A stretch of 63,304 nucleotides of DNA, filler included. It is 11 parts of 11 records of this genome, joined end to end, with 100 filler letters (N's around TTAATTAATTAA, not from the genome) between each part and the next. Parts side by side here need not be neighbours in the genome. Positions count along the whole stretch, not along the records: positions 60,146 to 63,304 come from SRR15195285_2715; 10 more parts are not named here. One strand, written 5' to 3'. The translations under genes were made by a program, and so were the position numbers. Within the stretch, counting starts at the first letter, position 1. Each line of letters opens with the position of its first letter. Shown here in pieces: positions 60,175 to 63,304 of the stretch. Below the pieces are notes generated by a model that saw only the letters and a list, made by a program, of their open reading frames with translations, had not been told where the DNA came from and searched no databases.

Positions 60175-61338
60175 ATGCCTGAGCCTGAAGAGCCTGTGCC
60201 CGAGCCCGAGGAAGAGTCAGGACTAGCTGAAGAGCAGGGGGCGCACAGCAAGAACGCGTCGTCTGACAAATCCAATCAGCTGTTCTCAAGCATCAACCGG
60301 ACTCGGCAAAAGCGTCGTGTACGTAACCATATTCTATCAGCGATGTTTCAACAAGCTGACACAAACGGTGACGGGAACATTTCACGCTCCGAGCTCATTC
60401 GTTCTCTCCGTCGCAACCCGAAGATGGCGACGGTGCTTGATCTACCTGAAAAGATCACTGACCAGGAGCGTGCAGCATTTGAGCGCGTTTTTCAAGCTAT
60501 GGATCGGGATGACGATCGTGCGATCAACGAAAAAGAGTTCCTCAAATTTTTCTCGACGGGCAAGGCCGCGGCTGCGGCGTTCAAGCTGGGTGCGGGCCAA
60601 CGGCAAGCACCAGCGGGCATTGAGGGTGCTGGTGAGGACTGGGAGTGGGCAGACTTGTTGGAAGAGCTGGACCAGGATAATGATGGCCAGCTCTCTGTAA
60701 AGGAGCTGATGGGACTGTTTGTGGATATTGACCCGAAGAATTACCAGTTGTACACAACCTGCGTGCTAAAGCCACTGTACGAGCTCAAACACAATGGCTG
60801 GTTTGACCCTGTCGAGATGACGAAGCTTTGTCTCAAGCGCCTCGGGCAGGCGGACAGCGAGCTTCGGGATCGTCAGATACGAATGCAAAAGGCCGAGCAG
60901 CACTGCACAGAGGCCACGCAGCAGGTGCAGCGAACAGCTAAACAGCTGGCAGATGCTGACAAGGTCGTGTCGGCCGCGTTGCAGTACCTTGGTGAGTACC
61001 TCAACTTCGCAGTGGACGGCGTCACCGTGCTGCATATCGCCGCAGACCGTGGCGACATGCCTCTGCTTCTTATGCTGCTGCAAACGGACTCGCTGGACGT
61101 AGACAAAGCAAAGGTCAGCGGTGCCACTGCCCTGCACTGCGCAGCAGCAAACGGTCACTTGGAGGCAGTGCAGGCGTTGCTCGACGCGGGTGCCCAGCTG
61201 GACGTGCTGGATGGCAGTGGGCGGTCTGCAAGTGATCGCGCACGACAGAGCGGCCTGGCAGAGGCAGGCGAGGTAGAAACACTGCTGACTGCCGCAAGGC
61301 TACAGCGGCAGTTTGCGGACACACCGGAGAAAACGTGA
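60175..61338 (+). CDS. EF-hand, coiled-coil and ankyrin-repeat protein, probably 5'-truncated
   Basis: EF loops DTNGDGNISRSE, DRDDDRAINEKE and DQDNDGQLSVKE. ANK repeats GVTVLHIAA and GATALHCAAANGH. Confidence 0.88.
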   Translation: MPEPEEPVPEPEEESGLAEEQGAHSKNASSDKSNQLFSSINRTRQKRRVRNHILSAMFQQADTNGDGNISRSELIRSLRRNPKMATVLDLPEKITDQERAAFERVFQAMDRDDDRAINEKEFLKFFSTGKAAAAAFKLGAGQRQAPAGIEGAGEDWEWADLLEELDQDNDGQLSVKELMGLFVDIDPKNYQLYTTCVLKPLYELKHNGWFDPVEMTKLCLKRLGQADSELRDRQIRMQKAEQHCTEATQQVQRTAKQLADADKVVSAALQYLGEYLNFAVDGVTVLHIAADRGDMPLLLMLLQTDSLDVDKAKVSGATALHCAAANGHLEAVQALLDAGAQLDVLDGSGRSASDRARQSGLAEAGEVETLLTAARLQRQFADTPEKT

Positions 61339-61382
61339 CGAACAATGTGCCAGAGCTGTTTGTTTTTACATTCATATATTTA

Positions 61383-63107
61383 TTAATCTGGACGCTTAAT
61401 CGAAATTGCCCCGGGCCGGAAGCCAAGCCACAGCAATTGCGTCGCTGCACCACATAAGCTAAACCAGAACAAGGCACGGTTGGCGCCAACGCGTTGAGCC
61501 AACTCGCCAAGCACTGCACAGCCGAAGGGAGCGCCGCCGACTGTTGGCACATCACCACAACCCAACCGCCCAAAGTCAGCTTGGACAAGCAATGTGCATC
61601 TGCAATAGCGTCGATCGAGTGCTCACTGGCGAGGGTCAGGAGACCCAGGGCTCGACCTCGGTACTGATCCTCAACCTGTGGATTGCAAGCCAACACAAGG
61701 ACACCTTCAGACAACGAGTCAAACGGCTCACACTCTACCGATCGAATGCTCAGATAGTAATCTCGCACACTACTGAATACTGTCTTCCAAAGTGTGCGCA
61801 CCATTGACATCACAAGCGCTGACTGTACAGCACCAAATAATCCAGCCAGAAACCCAGAGCTAGCAACTGCCCCGAAAGCCACCCAAAAGTTGGGTAGCGT
61901 CGCCCCAGGAAGAGCAACATTTGCGAGAACTATTCCCGTGCAGTACAGCACACCCGTGCGTCTGGGATTGAGCTTGGTTACGTAGACTGATGCGAATAGA
62001 CTTCCCCAGCCAGATGCGGAGACGAGCAGCCCGGCCTCGCTCGGCGTGGCGTGCAAATTTGTCGCCAGCACTTGCAACAACGGTAGATGACTCCAGTAAA
62101 AGAAGTTTCCAATCGTTGTCACCCCGAGCTACCACAACAACAGTTGGACTCAGTCATTGCAGCGCTGCGATACAAGGAGTCTGCACTGCCCAGCAGTGCA
62201 GAGAGGAACACGCAAGCCTCACCATTGACATGAAGCTCCTATCCCAGATCATCGACACTCCGGCCGATATTTCTTCCATGACTCCAGGAGCAGGACGTGA
62301 ATTGCTGGTCTTCTTGGCGTCAACACCCCCAGTTTGTCCGGATGCTTTCGGAGGGCTCGGCACGAAGCAGAGCAGGACAAGGGCTCCACTGAGCAGCGCT
62401 GACACGAAAAGGCACGCCGTTGCGACGTTCGTCTCCTCGATAACGTAGCCCACGACCTGGTTGCCACAAATCTTGCCGATGCTGCCTCCCACAGATCGCA
62501 GCGCCATCGCCGTACCAAGCATATGCTTTGCACGGTGACTATGTAGCAGGTCGTACACGAGGGCCGGTCGATTTGTTGTATCCAGGACCATACAGATCGA
62601 GCTGAACAGCATGTAGACGAACATGAAAGCTGCGTGCATCATGTCGGCGCGCAGCAAAACGCCCATCACAATCGACATGGATAGTTCGAACGTCAAAACT
62701 GCTAGTACGGTGCGCCTCCGATCGAACCGGTCGCTCAGAAGACCGAAGCATGGACCAGCAAGGAGAAATGCCCACGTTGCGCTGCCTGTTAGCTGCACCA
62801 GCCGTGGACTGTGCGTCGTCGCGTTGATGTAAAACGGACCGATGAAGGCCATACCAATCCTGGCGAAATCGAAAAGGAGGCCTGCTATGAGGACCAGCGG
62901 ATAGCGCGGAACGCGCAGCAGCGCCACAACGCCTTCCTCTCTGTCCTGCTCTCCGGCTAATTTTCTTTGCTCGGATTCCAGCGTCGGTGCTGCTGGCGAA
63001 AGCAGTGGCAAAGCCGGCGGCAGCAGCGGCAAAGCCTCGTCGTCGCTGCTACCATCTTGCTGTGACACCATCTTCGATCTAACTGTCTTCACCATAGTTC
63101 CTGTCAC
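61383..63107 (-). CDS. Major facilitator superfamily transporter
   Basis: Motif A GLLSDRFDRRR and multiple TMs. Introns 62129-62222, 61676-61801 and 61541-61626 give VEDQYRGRALGLLTLA|IGGAPFG. Confidence 0.88.
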
Positions 63108-63304
63108 GGGTCAGCAGCCGTCAGCGCTCCATCGATCTCTGCCCGGTGTTGAACTACGCTAACCGCTGCGTCGAGTATATGCCGCCCGGCGACCATCGCG
63201 CGTTAGCGAGCACATGGTTGTCGATATCTGGTATCCGTAGAATTGTACCTGCTGTACAAAATAAGATCGCAGCGAGTCGTACTTGTTTCCTGTGTATGTT
63301 TGAC

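Noticed and set aside
2289-62222. Apparent excess of stop-free, 3n-length introns hidden inside long ORFs
   Set aside because: My tally was about 15 of 38 inferred introns being 3n, close to the one-third expectation and biased by ease of detection.
1426-62222. Possible introner-type repeated introns or non-canonical splice sites
   Set aside because: All inferred introns are GT-AG, and I saw no shared internal sequence or terminal repeats among them.
1-63304. CRISPR arrays, rRNA/tRNA genes, transposase or reverse-transcriptase ORFs
   Set aside because: None was recognisable by eye. Contig-end repeats are simple microsatellites that likely caused the assembly breaks.

Overview
This is not one locus. 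It is 11 short contigs (about 3-13 kb) joined by an artificial 100-nt spacer (N44-TTAATTAATTAA-N44), so adjacency across spacers means nothing. The DNA is from a GC-rich, gene-dense eukaryote with short GT-AG introns (mostly about 70-180 nt; donors GTGCG/GTGAG/GTACG/GTAAG). Recurrent EPEPEP tracts and the general style suggest an uncultured marine protist such as a picozoan, but that is a weak inference. All family calls come from motif recognition by eye, not database searches. Recognisable genes: POLD2, a PhyH-type dioxygenase, a SulP/STAS transporter, an extended SDR, a DUF5519/luciferase-like protein, a BTB protein, CASP golgin, a four-domain Cav/Nav-type channel, three CNBD-family channels, a UBR5-like protein, CCDC33, GCN1, a Zn-ADH, an EF-hand/ankyrin protein and an MFS transporter. 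Strongest leads: (1) a rhodanese with an in-frame TGA exactly at the catalytic Cys, i.e. a probable selenoprotein, apparently mitochondrion-targeted; (2) a three-gene contig with a YqaJ-like nuclease fused to HTH_40, a DUF1963/YwqG protein and a toxin-type WHH nuclease-HhH protein; (3) a four-domain channel with an apparent L/D/A/Q selectivity ring; (4) an RRM-fused CNBD channel lacking the GYG filter; (5) a UBR5/Hyd-like N-terminus with many added domains.
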